This document shows positions 25,420 to 39,104 of a stretch of 64,000 bases of DNA, one piece after another. The notes beneath the pieces are model-generated. The model did not search any database. It had not been told where the DNA came from and was given only the letters and a program-made list of their open reading frames with translations. Each line of letters opens with the position of its first letter. Position 1 is the stretch's first letter. The translations under genes and the position numbers were made by a program. This DNA comes from Oopsacas minuta (lineage: Eukaryota; Animalia; Porifera), in contig JAKMXF010000351.1 in the NCBI GenBank assembly GCA_024704765.1, forward strand, positions 100,136 to 164,135, in the 5' to 3' direction.

Positions 25420-26231
25420 GAAAGATTATTGAAGTGAGATTAGAAATATGTTACTAAGCACAACAGTATTAACTTCCCAATGGCAAAATTTCGAATATGT
25501 GATGAACAATGAGTATAGTGGACCATTGGATACTTTTCACGTATGCAGGTTTGAATTTTCCAGACATTACACTAGCACCATCCAATACAAGTCCAACCAA
25601 ATATCTCAAAGCAAGACCAGAAAATGGACAGTATGACTCAATTGAACTTGCAAATACTTCTCGGATTAAGTCAGTTACGGTTACAGTTACACAACCAAGA
25701 AAACAACTGTTCTGTGCTGAAACAACTGCTGACTTGTGAGCAAAATAGAAAAGTGGACACTTTCATCTTCTTCAGAAACAATCTTTTTAAAATCATTGAT
25801 CCACAAATATTAATGGTTTCGTTTGGATCTTTGGGCAAATATTTGGCATCTGTACCACTAGACATTAAGTGTTCCTATAAAATACTGAGTCTCCCGTTCT
25901 TAGACCTAAACGAAATGCACCACGAATTTCCCTCGTTTTTATTTGGTTCTGCAATGAAATTTTTGTAGATTCTCCGCTATGTCCACCGAAGGCAAGTCTT
26001 GCCGACCGAAAAAAAGAATAGTTTCTATTATAGGCAGAAGTCTATCACGATTAGTTCCATTCTGTTGCATTTGCTGTTGGTTTAGTTGGTCACGTAGTTT
26101 AACTTATTTAATGTGACATAAGGAATACGATTGCAGATTTATTCGATTTATCTTATTACCTCATAGGATGTCGAAATAAATAACTGGTTGGTAGTATTAT
26201 CAAATCCGTGGCCCCCTTGGGTACGCCACTG
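25420..26231 (-). mobile_element. hAT relic (ZMYM1/THAP12-type transposase) with one terminal repeat
   Basis: End CAGTGGCGTACCCAAGGGG at 26231. Minus frames give NRDRLLPIIETILF.GRQDLP, SSGTDAKYL..NETINICG and LDGAS. Confidence 0.62.
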
Positions 26232-27879
26232 CTCCCAAATCACTTTATCGAATGAAAATTTCGTGAGAAACAAGTATCTTACTTTACATGACCTCAGTTT
26301 GTATGGAATTAAAATATTCAAATTTTTTGATAAATGAGCTTCTAAATTTATTCAATTATTTATGTTTATGACAGTTTGAACATAAAACATTGAAATATTC
26401 ACCTAATTTCGTTGAAGATAAGATTCTAGCAAAGAGTTCGAAGTCCTCATTTACATATTTATTCAAGTTTCTATATTAAAATATTGTAGAAAATATTTCC
26501 GTCACCTCCAGGCACAGTAGTGATTTGATTTATTTTGTAGAGGAATAATATACTTATTTATCTTCAATAAATTAGAAGTGAATTGATGTCAATTTTGTTA
26601 AGTTATTGCCTTTTAAGAAGCGGGGTGTATATATGGAAGTTCGATCTATAATTTGAAAATTACTTTCGACATGCTCAAAGCATAGGAAAATAGCTATATA
26701 ATGCGTAAGTTAAAGTTAGGAAATCAAATATTCATAATTACATTAGAGCTTACAATTGTAGACTAACTTTTCTTTAGATTCAATTTGTAAGCTGTATAAT
26801 CTAAATAGAAAAGTTATTCTAATTCCAAGCAACCTTCGCTTTCTTGCGCTTCACGGCTCACGAACACTTCGTGTACAAGGGTTCTTCCTTCGCGTACTTT
26901 TGTATTCTTATAGATATATCGGGCTGTTCAAACCTTACGTAACGCAGATTCCATAAATATTCACACCCTCTCCTTGTGTCACCTTTTGGACCGTTGATCA
27001 ATACAACAGAAATTGAGTTGTCACACTTCCAACATAAAGCATTAAAAGGACCCAAAGTAGAGGTTCTATAGACCACATTGCTCATTCATTTTACTGTATA
27101 AAAGTGGTTAATATATATCTGTATTCACGTTTGCCTTAGGCTATTTTTCGCCATCGTTGAAATTTATTCAACATACTTACATGTGTATTCCAGTATATTT
27201 ATTTAATATCCGCGGAATAATTAATTATAAAAATTGGTTTTCGAAGTATTTATACTAAATATTAACTATTGGTTAAAATTTATTAGTCAATTAATAAACA
27301 ATAATAGACATAGTTACATATTTATACAATTTCCATTTTAATTAAATTACAAAAATATATTTATTGAGTATGTATATATCGTCTATAATATAGTGGTGGT
27401 TATATTGGCTAATTATTGCGGAAATTTGAATTAACAAACCATAGCTACCTACATGTTTGACAAATTGGAATTTGAAAAGTTTTGAGCAATTGGAACTATT
27501 GAGTAATTTTTGCATCCTAATCGACCTGGGTTAAAGCTTAACATATGATAGAGTAATATTCTCTCAATTGGCAAACACCCTTGAATCTGATAGGTCAATA
27601 CATTTTGACACCTATCTCAGAGAGTTTAGATCTTGAAACTTGTCCCTCACATTCCACACACATGCAAAATTTGAATTTGTAACTCTTAGCAGTTCCTCAA
27701 TTTCCGAAAAAACTATATAACCATCTACAAATACATTTACTCTATTTCCACCTATTGTGCCACTATGTACTAGTACAAATATATTTGTTTAGTAACTAGC
27801 ATGGAATTACGCGAGTTTTCTGGTTTGGTTATAGTAACTTCAATCTTGCCCCTCTACAGAATATATTGAAAATATATAT

Positions 27880-27970
27880 ATAACGAGCCTTTGGCTCGTC
27901 GCATTACGCCTCGAGGTATTCAACGGAATAATAAACAGACAAACAACAATTGAGATTTAATAATATTGAT
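27880..27970 (+). mobile_element. Helentron/HINE-like repeat, internally deleted copy B
   Basis: Perfect hairpin ACGAGCC-TTT-GGCTCGT joined almost directly to the ACAA microsatellite and 3' end of the family. Confidence 0.55.
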
Positions 27971-28640
27971 AGTGTTTACAATATTCAGACTCAGCATTCT
28001 CGAGTATACCAGCATAGTCGTTGAAAGTATGATTCTACCTCAATTTTAAATTTGTTCACTTTATGTACCTAAAAGTAAACAAATATTCACAATATATTGT
28101 GGTGCTAGGACAACTTGCCGAAATCAATAAGAATGTTGTTTAGTTGTATTGATATCAAAAGGGGGTGTGTATATGTAAACAAACTATCGTGTTGAAATCA
28201 AAAGGGAGGGTGTGAGCGTAAACATTGGATGAATAGTCACGATCATAAAGAATCCAAGAAATACTGATGAATTCTCCTCACTTATAGTTGACAGAAATGC
28301 ACTCATTCAACAATAACTCTTCCCATATAGCTAATGGCATCAAACAGCCACATCCTCGGACAATTGCCACTCAAAACACACAATCCACACTCCAGGAGAC
28401 CAAAATCAGATCCTCAACTTGCCACATCACGATCTTAACGAATCCAAGAAATAATGCCAAATTCTCTCCACTTATTTGTGGGTATAAATCCACTGACAAC
28501 CAATATTGTCGCTATTTTAAGAAATACCAATTCGAAATCATGCAACACTCATTCTATCTTTAGTCTACATATTGAGCATGCACACTCGACTTTTTAAATA
28601 TGGAATACTGGTATTTAATTAATTTTTGGCATGATATCCT

Positions 28641-28688
28641 TTCGGCAAGATGTCTTCGGCTAGATGTCTTCGGCTAGATGTCTTTCGG
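28641..28688 (+). repeat. 14-bp tandem repeat (TTCGGCTAGATGTC x ~3.4)
   Basis: Directly visible. Confidence 0.85.
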
Positions 28689-28823
28689 GAAGGTGGGCGG
28701 ACACGATATATTTTTACAATACCTTATTCGGACTCAGTATACTCGATTACTCCTGTATAGTCGTTGAGAGTATGATTCTACCAAAATTTTGAAATTTGTT
28801 ACTTTATATTCATAAAAAATATA

Positions 28824-30105
28824 CAGGGTGGCTCATAAGTTCTGTGACATTTTTTCGAATTCGTAAATTTTCAATTCTAGTGCTACAACACTAGTATTAT
28901 CAAATGAATATCATTACTAGATATTCAATAATAGTATTTCATTTCAGTGTTGAATAGCTTATGGAAAGCGATAGGTGTGCTGTGATTAAATTATTTCAGG
29001 CGGGACATAAACCAAGGGAAATTTCTAAAATGCTCAAAATACCCAGGGGAAGAAGGATGTTTATTACTAGGGCCATTAAGAGATATTTGGAGACTGGGAG
29101 TGTTGAAGATAGGGCGAGGACTGGTCGTCCATGTTCTGTTGTGACTCCAAAGGTGCGAAAGGCGGGGCGGGAACAAATTCAGAGATGTCCCCGACGATCA
29201 ATGCGTAAAATGGCATCAGTCCTCAAAATATCCCATCGATCTGTCCAAAGAATCGTTAAAAATCAATTAGGAATGAGATCATTCAAAAAGAAGACAGTGC
29301 ACTTCCTTTCTAGTAAGATCATGTGAAAGAGACTGGTTAGGAGTAAGGGTCTGCTAAAGCGGCACGCTGTTTACGGGATAAACAACATTCTCTTTTCTGA
29401 CGAGAAATTATTTAAAATAGAGGAAGCTAACAATGCTCAAAATGACAATAATAGCAACTAGTTCTCAAGCAATCCCAGACGAGCTGCATGACATCAGACG
29501 AGTTCAAAAACCACAATCTATCATGGATTGGCTGGAATTTCGGTAATTAGTCGGACATCCCCGATATTTTTCCCACCAGAGGCTAAAATTAATTCAATTT
29601 CATATCGCGAACTGATATTAGAACCTGTACTGAAAGATCTAAGCCAGTCCATGTTTTCGGGAGAGTCATTTCTGTTTCAACAGGACGGTGTGCCTGGCCA
29701 CACCTCCAAAGTCAACTGGCATGGTTAGAAGAGAATATTCCCGATTTTATTCCCAAAGACGAATGGCCCCCATACAGCCCTAATTTGAATCCAATGATTA
29801 CTCTATCTGGTCGATTTTGGAGACAAAGGCTTGTGCTAAGGCCCACACCAATGTAGAATCTCTTAAGGTGTCGTTGAGAGAGAATGGGCTAAAATACCTC
29901 AAGAAACACTGCGTACTGCGGTTGAGGCCTTTCCTCGCAGATTAAGGGCTGTAATTGAGAAGAGGGGAGGGTATATAGAATAGTGGCTATTTCTAGCATA
30001 TTATTAGCATATAGTGTTAGTCTAATTAGAAGATCAAGCATGAATAGTACATTTTGACTATATAATGGGTTAACATAAATGTCACAGAAATTATGAGCCA
30101 CCCTG
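28824..30105 (+). mobile_element. maT (DD37D-type) transposon, second family, decayed transposase 28961-29983
   Basis: TIR CAGGGTGGCTCATAA(G/T)TTCTGTGACATTT with TA flanks. Motifs LFSDEKLF, FQQDG and WPPYSPNLNP, then YSIW. Stops and frameshifts present. Confidence 0.9.
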
Positions 30106-30228
30106 TATTTACATATGAGAAAATATATATGCGAAATTCGGATTCAGCGTATTTAGTTTCCCCTGGGTAGCCGTTTAGAGAAAGGCTGTACGTGTATTTT
30201 GAGATTGGGATAATTTGTCTACTTTATG

Positions 30229-31470
30229 CGAAGGGCACTCGAAAAGTTTTGACGTTGACCGACATATCAGATAGTAGTAATTAAATTGACTATTACATTT
30301 TTTCAAAATACTCTCCCTGACAATCTAAACATTTTTTACTCTGGTAAACCAATCATCAAAACATTTCTTCCACTCTTCTTTGGGTATGTCTCCGATCGCT
30401 TGGAAAAGTGCCCCTCTCAACTCCTCAGTAGTCGAAAATCTCCTTCCACGTAATTGATCTTTGAGTCTAGGGAACAACCAGAAGTCGCAAGGGGCTAAAT
30501 CAGGACTGTAGGGCGGGTAAGGTAATGCTTTGAGTCCAGAACTTTCCAAAAACTCACGAGTTCTGATTGCCAAATGCGATGATGCATTATCATGATGGAG
30601 AAGAATTCCTCTAATGCCGGTCTTCTCCCGCTGTGACTCAATTGCTGTGATGACTTTGGGTAGGCACATTGTAGTGGACCAGTCGGCAGTAACAGTCTTT
30701 CTATCCTCGAGAGCAACAGCTTCGACAAACCCACTAGATCTGAAAAAAATCGCCCACATTTGTTCCCCAACTGATCTAGCCCTCCGCACATTGGTTGGAG
30801 GTGGGGCATCTTTTTCAATCCACTCCTTTGACATTCGCTTTGTTTCTGGATCATAATGGTATATCCATGTCTCATTACCTGTAAGGATCTCAGAAACATT
30901 TCTTGAACTTCCTGTAGCAAACCTTTTGAGCATAATTTGCAACAGTCTATGCGGGATATATTTTCTGTAAGTTCTAAGAATTGGGGATCCATCGGGCACA
31001 CAACTTCCTGAAACAAAGTTCTTTGTGCAAAATGATATTAATTGTCCCCGATGATAACTCGGTTTCATACTCTTACTGAGCGTGCGCAATATGAAGATCT
31101 CTAGTAATTAGATCTAGCATTTCGTTAACATTTTCTTCATTATGTGAAATATTCGGTCTTCCTGAACGAGAGGCATCTTCAAGAACAAAGTTTCCGTGAA
31201 TAAATTCCCTGTACCATCGTTCACTGTACTTAGAGAAGGAGCTAGATCCGGGAAATGTTCCTGTAAAGATTCATAGATTTCTACTCTTGTCTTCTGTAGT
31301 TTGAATAAGATCAAAATCATTGATCTAAAATCACGTTTTGTGAGATTTGATTTAGATTGAGATATTTTAGAAGCCATGTACACTAAAATATGTCTGAAGA
31401 GATGGATGCAGAAATATCCGACAGATTAATGATTTCATATCAAACGGCAAATCTTTTCGAGTGCCCCTCG
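30229..31470 (-). mobile_element. mariner (DD34D) transposon, transposase 30325-31377 frameshifted
   Basis: TIR CGA(A/G)GGGCACTCGAAAAG, TA at the right end (TG at the left). Motifs TGNETW (first catalytic D reads N), HHDNA and YSPDLAPCDF. Inserted into a HINE-like copy. Confidence 0.92.
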
Positions 31471-31507
31471 TAATCATAAAACAAAAGAACATTTCATATG
31501 ATTAATT

Positions 31508-31674
31508 CAAAAGTGTGAAAATCGGATTCAGCATGTTCGAATTGAATTCTATTTACTTCGTTGATAAACACGATAAATTCATAGTTATGCTACTATTTCA
31601 ACTTGCATACCGTAAATCCTTTCCTTGAGCACTGACAAACAAACAGACAAAAATTGAGATTTAATAATATAGAT
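31508..31674 (+). mobile_element. Helentron/HINE-like repeat, 3' part of copy C (5' part at ~30130-30228)
   Basis: Matches 1739-1916 of copy A. The upstream part lies before the mariner. Confidence 0.55.
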
Positions 31675-33009
31675 TTATAAATACAACCACAGCGATTAAT
31701 AACACGGCCAACAAAAATATTTTTGTTTCTGTTGCCTATGATTTTAGATTGAATTTAGACTATGTTTGCTGTGCTGAGTTCGGAAATGAGATCGGCTTTG
31801 CTGGATTGGCTATTGATTTTGGTCCACATTTATGTTTATATTGTTAGTTGCCGTTTTCAAATGTATATTCAATTTAATGAATACTTTTATAATTATAAGT
31901 ATCTAGCATAATCTAACTCTATGGCATCGTCAAGAAGAAAATGTTCTAATAATACGTTCTGTTACATATGTGGTGAATATACGTTGAAACATCAAAGAAG
32001 AAGTATCTCACACTTTGTGCGAAAGGCATACTTTGCTTACTTTGAGGGAAAGCTTGGAGACCATACAGCTCTTCATTTTCTGGTCAATTCAATCAGGAAG
32101 AGCTCAATGATCTAATCAGGGACCTCAACCCGTCTAAAGAGTGTTCAGAAATTTTGCATCCAGGCTCAACGAGAAGAATATTCTTAGCCCTGGAACTAAG
32201 ATAGCATATTATCGTCATAGAGAAGAAGGGTTACTTCATTACTTAACCAACAAGAAGGCCTCGTCTTCTACAATGACATTGGAGACTTCTCTTGGAAATG
32301 GGAGTACCACAATATAGATCAGAAGATTGGCGTCTAATCATTGATAGTTCCAAGAGAAGCTTGAAGTGCGTTTTATCGCATAATGGAAATAAATATGCAT
32401 CTATTCCAATTGGACATTCAACAAAGCTTATGGAGGAGTATGAAAATATTTAAATGGTATTGCGAAATTGAAATATCATGAACACAAGTGGTTGATATGT
32501 GTTGATCTCAAGATCGTAAACTTTCTACTTGGCCAACAAGGTGGATACACTAAGTACCCTTGTTTTATATGTTTATGGGACAGCGGAGCCCGCAAAGATC
32601 ATTGGGTAAATAAAGTATGGTCCTTGAGAACTGATCTAACAGTTGGAGTAGCAAACATTCTGTATGAACCATTGGTTCTTAGAGAAAACATTCTTCCACC
32701 CCTTCACAACAAGTTGGGTTTAATGAAGCAGTTAGTAACATCTCTAGATAAAGACGGCCCCTATTTCAAGTACATTTGCAGATTATTCCCAGCAATGAGC
32801 AATGAAAAACTGAAAGCAGGGATCTTTGATGGTCCCCAGGTCCGCAGTCTCATAAGAGACACTGGTTTCGTCCAATCCATGACTATTTTAGAATCTTCTG
32901 AGAGGAGTGGATTTGTTTTGGTAGTCAATAACTTGGGTAATAATAAAGCTGACAACTACATAGATTTGGTCAATTGCATGCTTTACAAATTTAAAGATTT
33001 AGATGTTAA

Positions 33010-33169
33010 TGCAGAGTAATTAATAACGTCTGGGCGCTGATTGTATATTATACTTCTGAACAGGTTGTATTCAGTATCAATTAGTAACAGTATGTATAAT
33101 AAGATTCATTTTTGTAGATGTGTGTGATAACCGAGATTATGTATTAACTCTCATAAGTAATATCTTACA
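33010..33169 (+). repeat. 5' LTR (160 bp)
   Basis: About 13 substitutions and 1 indel versus the 3' LTR (counted by eye). Confidence 0.95.
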
Positions 33170-33171
33170 AT

Positions 33172-33186
33172 TGGTAACAAGAGTGG
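33172..33186 (+). promoter_or_regulatory. Primer-binding site TGGTAACAAGAGTGG (initiator-Met tRNA-like)
   Basis: Starts with TGG 2 nt after the 5' LTR. tRNA identity is inferred. Confidence 0.7.
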
Positions 33187-33195
33187 TTTGAGATT

Positions 33196-36100
33196 ATGGC
33201 GAAAGGTTTGTTAGTATTCCTAGGGTTTTTGCCTGTGGTTATATTGAAGAATGGTTACAGCAATAGGAAATTTCCGCATTGGGAAATGGTTGGAAAGAAG
33301 AAGATAAAGCCTAAGAATTCCTACATTATTCGAAAAAGAGGCTCTTGCGGTAGAGCTTATACTAAGTATAGAAGAACGAAAAGGTTACAGACATGTACAG
33401 GACACACTTCTGAATGCTTTACAACCTCCGGAAGCGCGATTCATCGCCCTTCAAGAGTTTGAATCCCGTCGGATGTTACTTGGAGAATCACCCCAAGAGT
33501 TTTTGCATTATATTAAACGGTCATTAAACAAGGCAATTCCTGAAATAGATGATGGCGCGGGGAGCAGCTATTGTTACATAGGCTTTTAAGTGGAATACCG
33601 GAATATTTCAGCAAAGTACTCAGAACCTCTCCTGATATTGGGAATACGGCTGAAGCGGTAAAAAGATTTAAGTTGCTATCACTTTGTAAAGTGGAAGACA
33701 AAACTGCATATGCCAACGAAAGTATCTAGTACGTTCATGGACACAAGACTTCAAAAATTGGAGGAAATGTTCGATTGCATCTTGGACCGATTAGGAAATC
33801 ATGACGAATCAACAATGGCAATTGGGAAGAGAAGTTTATGAGTTGGTGATTCAAGTTTTAGATGTACCAATGCAATAAATTTGGTCATCTTGCTAGGAAT
33901 TGTTGTACTTATCTTAATAAATGTTACATTTGCGGAGCAGAAGGTCATCTAAAGAGAAATTGTCCTTTAAACTACCAAGGGCCGATTGGAAAGGGCGCCA
34001 GCCTGCCTACAAGAGTGTTCAAACCCCAAATGAACTAATTGGAAGCTATCAAGTTGTATCGAATTCCGTTTCTACTCATTCTGACTTTGGACATTCTTTA
34101 TTGCTGGATGTTTTCATTGGGAAAATGTTTGTTAAAGCCTTACTTGATTCAGGTTCATCAGTGTATTTGTTAACCGCTAAAGTAACGAATCAAAGTGTAT
34201 ATAGAATAGGCTCCAGGCACATAAAGAAACTTATTTCAGCCTCGGGAAGTGAACTTAAAATTTGCGGGTACTCCGTTTGCCTATTCAACTCGGAGAGTTA
34301 CAGGTTCATCACGAGTTCATTGTTGTCTCTGAATTTATAACACCTGTGATTTTAGGAGTAGATTTTCTTTCCACCAACAAGTTTTGTCTAGATCTTGGTA
34401 AGGGAACTGTCGAGTCACCTAACAATCGGAAAAATTTGGTTGTCTAAGCCGTCAAGCTTTTCAGAAAAGTCACCAAAGAATCAAGGTAGAGATGTTGAAA
34501 AAGATCATCGATGCCTTTTACAAAGAACAGGTCTCAGTAAAATGTCGAATATTACTGCAGTTCTTGATGGAAGAGATTCGAAAGGCTGCAATGACTGTTT
34601 CATTCCGAAACACGTTAGTGAAATCGATTTGAACTACCAGACTGTCCGGAAGAATTTAGAGATTTGCTTTTTGAGTTAAAGATCGTTACTCGACTACTCC
34701 TGGTCAGACTAAGATTTCATACCACCGAATCTGTACCGAAGAAAAGAAACCAGTAAAGATACCTCCTTGTCGAATACCAGCACATTATTAAGAACAAGTC
34801 GAACACCAATTACGAATTATGCTCGAACGCGGAGTGATTAGGGAAAGCAATAGTCCATGGGTAGCTTCAGCTGTTTAGGTTATAAAGAAGGACGGTAGTT
34901 TGCGTATTTGTGTTGACTATAGAGAATTAAATAAGACAACAGTAAATGATGCGTATCCTTTACCTCTACCAAATGACATTCAATCGTATCTCTCGGGTTC
35001 ACAAGTATTTTCAACACTAGACCTTCACACTGGGTATTGGCAGCTTCCAATTCATTCTGATGACATACACAAAACTGCATTTTGTCTTGGAACGGGATGG
35101 GGCTTATATGAGTTTGTTTCCATTCCATTTGGTGTTTGCAATGGACCAAGTTCGTTTCAAAGAATGATGGAGTCAAATCTATGTGGATTAAAGAGTGCTA
35201 AAGTCTTCATAGATGATATTATGGTATTTTCTAGTTGTATGAAAGATCATGTTGTAGACTTGAGAGATGTTTTCAAAAGACTCAGGGAGGCGAACCTCAC
35301 CCTAAGACGAAAGAAATGCTTTATAGCGAATGAAGTGTACGTTATCTTGGTAGTATATTTTCCTCTCAAGGCATGTCACTGGACCATTCAAAAATTGAGG
35401 CAATTGAAATGTGGCTAATTCCAAATGATGTTGTTGATGTCCGAAATTTTCTGGGTTTAGCTTCATACTATAGGAAATTCGTGAAAAATTTTTCGCATGT
35501 TGCACCACCATTAAACAGATGGTTGGAGAAAGAGGTTAAATTCGTATGGTATAGTGACTGTCAGCAAGAATTCGCGAAACTAAAAATGCATTTATCAACT
35601 AGTCCGGTCCTTGGTTATCCTTCGTTATCAGAGAAATCTGTCCTTTATACTGATGCTAGTGGAATCGGTCTTGGTGCAGTCCTTGAGCAGGGAAATAAAG
35701 TTATATCTTATGCCAGTCGAGAAATGACGAAAGCTGAAATGAATTATAGCACAATTGAAAAGGGGTGTCTTACAATAGTATTTGGAACTAAACCGTTTCG
35801 TCATTACCTGTTGGTGCGTCAGTTTAATGTAGTGACCGACCATAGTCCTTTAAAGTGGCTGAACGCACAAAAAATGGAAGGAAGACTTTGTAGATAGGCT
35901 ATGCAACTACAAGAATTTGATTTTGTAATAGAATATCGTAAAGGATCAGAGAATACAAACGCTGATGCCCTTTCTCGAATTCCACAGGTTGAAATAAGCA
36001 CTAATGTGGGTACAGAGTTCGCAGATGACATAGATCTTGAAAATGGTCGGCAAGCTCAAAATCAGGATCTCCCTAAGAATCAGGTCAAACAATTATTATC

Positions 36101-37472
36101 TAAAATAGCACAAATAGATTCAGCATCCAACATTCCTAAGTGTTTTTCTCGTATATGGAAGCAACTCACGTTGGAAAACGGGTTGCTTTTCAGGACATAT
36201 AGAATTAATGGATTCGAAGAAAGAAGAACTGTAATTTTTGTTCCTACTAAATTGATGAATTTTTTCTTACATAAGAATCATGATATACCTGGTTCTGGCC
36301 ATTTCGGATGGCAGAAAACGTTTGAAGGCTTAAAAATAATGCATTTTGGTTTGGAATGGCATGAGATGTTAGACAATTTTGCAGACCATGTGACAAATGT
36401 ATGATCGCTAAACAGCTTAGACCAGTGAAGGCTCCTTTAGTTATCTCTCCAGTGGCAAGCCTTGGCAAAGAATCGCAGCTGATTTCCTAGAAGTACCTAT
36501 AAATGCACATGGGACCAAGTATATTTTAGTAGTTCAGGACTATTTCACCAAATGGTTGGAAACGTTTCCTATGCCAGACCAAAGAGCAAACAGGAAGTAG
36601 GGATTTTAAGGACTCTGTTTTGCCGTATTGGTATTCCGAAGGAATTGCACAGTGATCAGGGGAGAAACTTTGAGAGTGCATTAGTCCCGGAATTATATAG
36701 CTCATTAGGTCTAAAAAAGACTCACACAAGTCCATATCACCCCCAAGGGATGGTTTGGTGGAGAGATCGAACCGTATTCTGTTGGATATGTTCGTACATA
36801 TACGGACAGGGAAGATCAATGGGAGGAATATCTACCCTTGATGTTATATTCAAATAACACCTCTGTTCAATCTTCCATTAGGACTACACCATATGGCTTG
36901 ATTTATGGTAGGGAATCTGGCTTATCAATTGAAGAAGATAAGGAGTATGGTTTTGATACTCAAACGTACGAGGCAAGGCTTAAACAGAGACTTTGCAAGT
37001 ATCGTAGTTTAGTAGCAGATCAGTTAGCGGACGCTTCTAGATATCAAAAGAGATGTTACGACAAACACGCAACGAGAAACATCGAATTTAAAGTGGGAGA
37101 AAATGTTTGGCTAAATGTTCCATACAAAGGTAAGTTTGACCCTACGTGGGAAGGTGGATGGTCGATAGTGGAGTTATTAGGGAGTGTTAACTTGAAAATT
37201 GTTCATAAAAATGGAAAAAACACGAATAGTTCACATTAACAGAATTCGTCCGCGATATGTTCGACCAAGCAGATATTAGTGATATTGAAAATATAGTAGT
37301 CCAAGAAACAGAAAACGCAGATGAAGATCACAACTCATTAGAGCTGGATACAACAATAGAGTTAGAAAGTGAGGGCGATGAAGTTCATGACACTGATCCA
37401 GCGTTGTTACCTCGAAGACCCACAAGGATTAGCCGAATTCCAACACATCTGAAGGATTATCATCTATATTAA
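33196..37472 (+). pseudogene. gag-pol, multiply frameshifted
   Basis: Domain fragments are spread over ORFs 33921-37472. Confidence 0.92.
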
Positions 37473-37484
37473 GGGGGGGAGAAG
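37471..37484 (+). promoter_or_regulatory. Polypurine tract
   Basis: AAGGGGGGGAGAAG immediately before the 3' LTR. Confidence 0.9.
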
Positions 37485-37643
37485 TGTAGAGTAATTAATA
37501 ACGTCTGGGCGCTGATCGTAAACTATATTTCTGAACAGGTTGTATTCTGTATCAATTAGTAACAGTATGTATAGTGAGATTCATATTGTAGATATGTGTG
37601 ATAACCGAGGTTATGTATTATCTCTCATAAATAATATCTTACA
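37485..37643 (+). repeat. 3' LTR (159 bp)
   Basis: TGTAGAG...CTTACA followed by TTAA. Confidence 0.95.
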
Positions 37644-39104
37644 TTAACATGAGCATCAAGGTTCACTATCTATTTAGCCACCTGGATCGTTTCCCTGAAA
37701 ACCTTGGGGATTTAAGTAAGGAACAGGGGAAAGGTTTCGCCACGACATCAAGGTCATTGAAGAAAGATATCAAGGCAGGTGGGAAATCCACATGATGGCA
37801 GATTAATGTTGGAGCCTCCAGCGAGATTGCCCTCTGATATCCCATAACATAAAATCAAATACGAGACGATTATTACATGTTCTTCAATAAACAAATTTAG
37901 TATTCTTTTGAATATTATTACTTTTAGCCGATTAATTGTTTTGACAATAATCTATGTATTTCATACGGAGTAGCTATAATGATAAATTATACTTTCCAAA
38001 TTTTCGGTTTTGCAGTTAATAGTGACATTCAAAACCTACAATTTCAATGATTCAAATTTCCACTTGGAGGCATAGAAAGTTGGATGTCGCCACTGAAGCA
38101 CCATGCCATTATTTATGTGAGGAAATTTATGTGTAGTATTTCTTCACTATTTTTATATTTATCCTGCCAAATTTAACATTAGGTATCGCGAAAACTAGAG
38201 CCAATTCGGATCAGCAGATGCCATTTTCAGATTCCCCGAGGTAAATATACATAGAAACGGATCTAACATCTTAGGCAACAAATTGTTTGTTGACCAGTGT
38301 AATCTTAATGATTAAATACAGCCATAGCAATTAATTACATACATGATAAATCCAACTATATTAATTAATGACGTATTTACTACAGCGTCAAAATTCTGAT
38401 AGAAAAATATGATTTTTGTCAGTCATTTATAAATAGTTGTCAATTTCGTACCATGGATAATATAAGTAATGTCGTTATTCTACCCTTTGCAAGAATGTCA
38501 CATAACTTGAATACTATGGCATATAGGTACATAAAATTGATCCACCAGGAAGAAAACCAATGGAATTAGTTAAATATAATTTTAAATACAAGATGTCCAA
38601 ATAACTTATATATAGCTTAGCTATACTATAGACAGTTTTGTGTATTAGCTTTTCTATCTTCGATGAATGGTCATTTTTTCGGATTAATGAAAGTCACCTT
38701 TTCGAATGAGGGTATGGGGTTTTTGTATTGCAAAAAACTGTACTATACTATAGCTCAGCTATATATACTGAACCTCAAGGATGTCTGACATGAAAATGCT
38801 CAGAATTCTTAGAATTGGAATCCTTAACTAGTTTGTATCTTCATGCCTATTTCTCCATTGCCATTTTGCCACACTCAACAGCGGTCGAAATTTATGATTG
38901 CAAGCTTATCACTGGCCAAATGTTAATCCCTGTAGAATTTTCATATTTTGGCTGAAATATGCTACAATGGCTACCCTATGCATGCTCAAGGTATTTTAGT
39001 AATTGCCACTGTCTCAGTCTATTAAACTTCTATGATTGAAGTTATCACCTATGATAAATTATTATTATCATTATCATTTTTAGAAATTTGATTATTATTT
39101 TCCA

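Larger units (their letters stand above)
33010..37643 (+). mobile_element. Ty3/Gypsy LTR retrotransposon, full length, decayed
   Basis: LTRs TG...CA, 4-bp TSD TTAA, PBS and PPT all present. Two CCHC knuckles, protease LLDSG, RT FIDD, RNase H YTDAS, integrase HSDQGRNFES, in PR-RT-RH-IN order. Confidence 0.96.
31703..38299 (+). mobile_element. Chapaev3-type (CMC) DNA transposon, interrupted by a Gypsy element
   Basis: Ends CACGGCCAACAAA / reverse complement CACTGGTCAACAAA, with TAA on both flanks. Transposase FCYICGEY, DSSKRSLK, LGQQGGYTKYPCFICLWD and LPPLH.KLGLMKQ resumes after 37647 as NMSIKVHYLFSHLDRFPENLGDLSKEQGERFRHDI. Confidence 0.85.
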
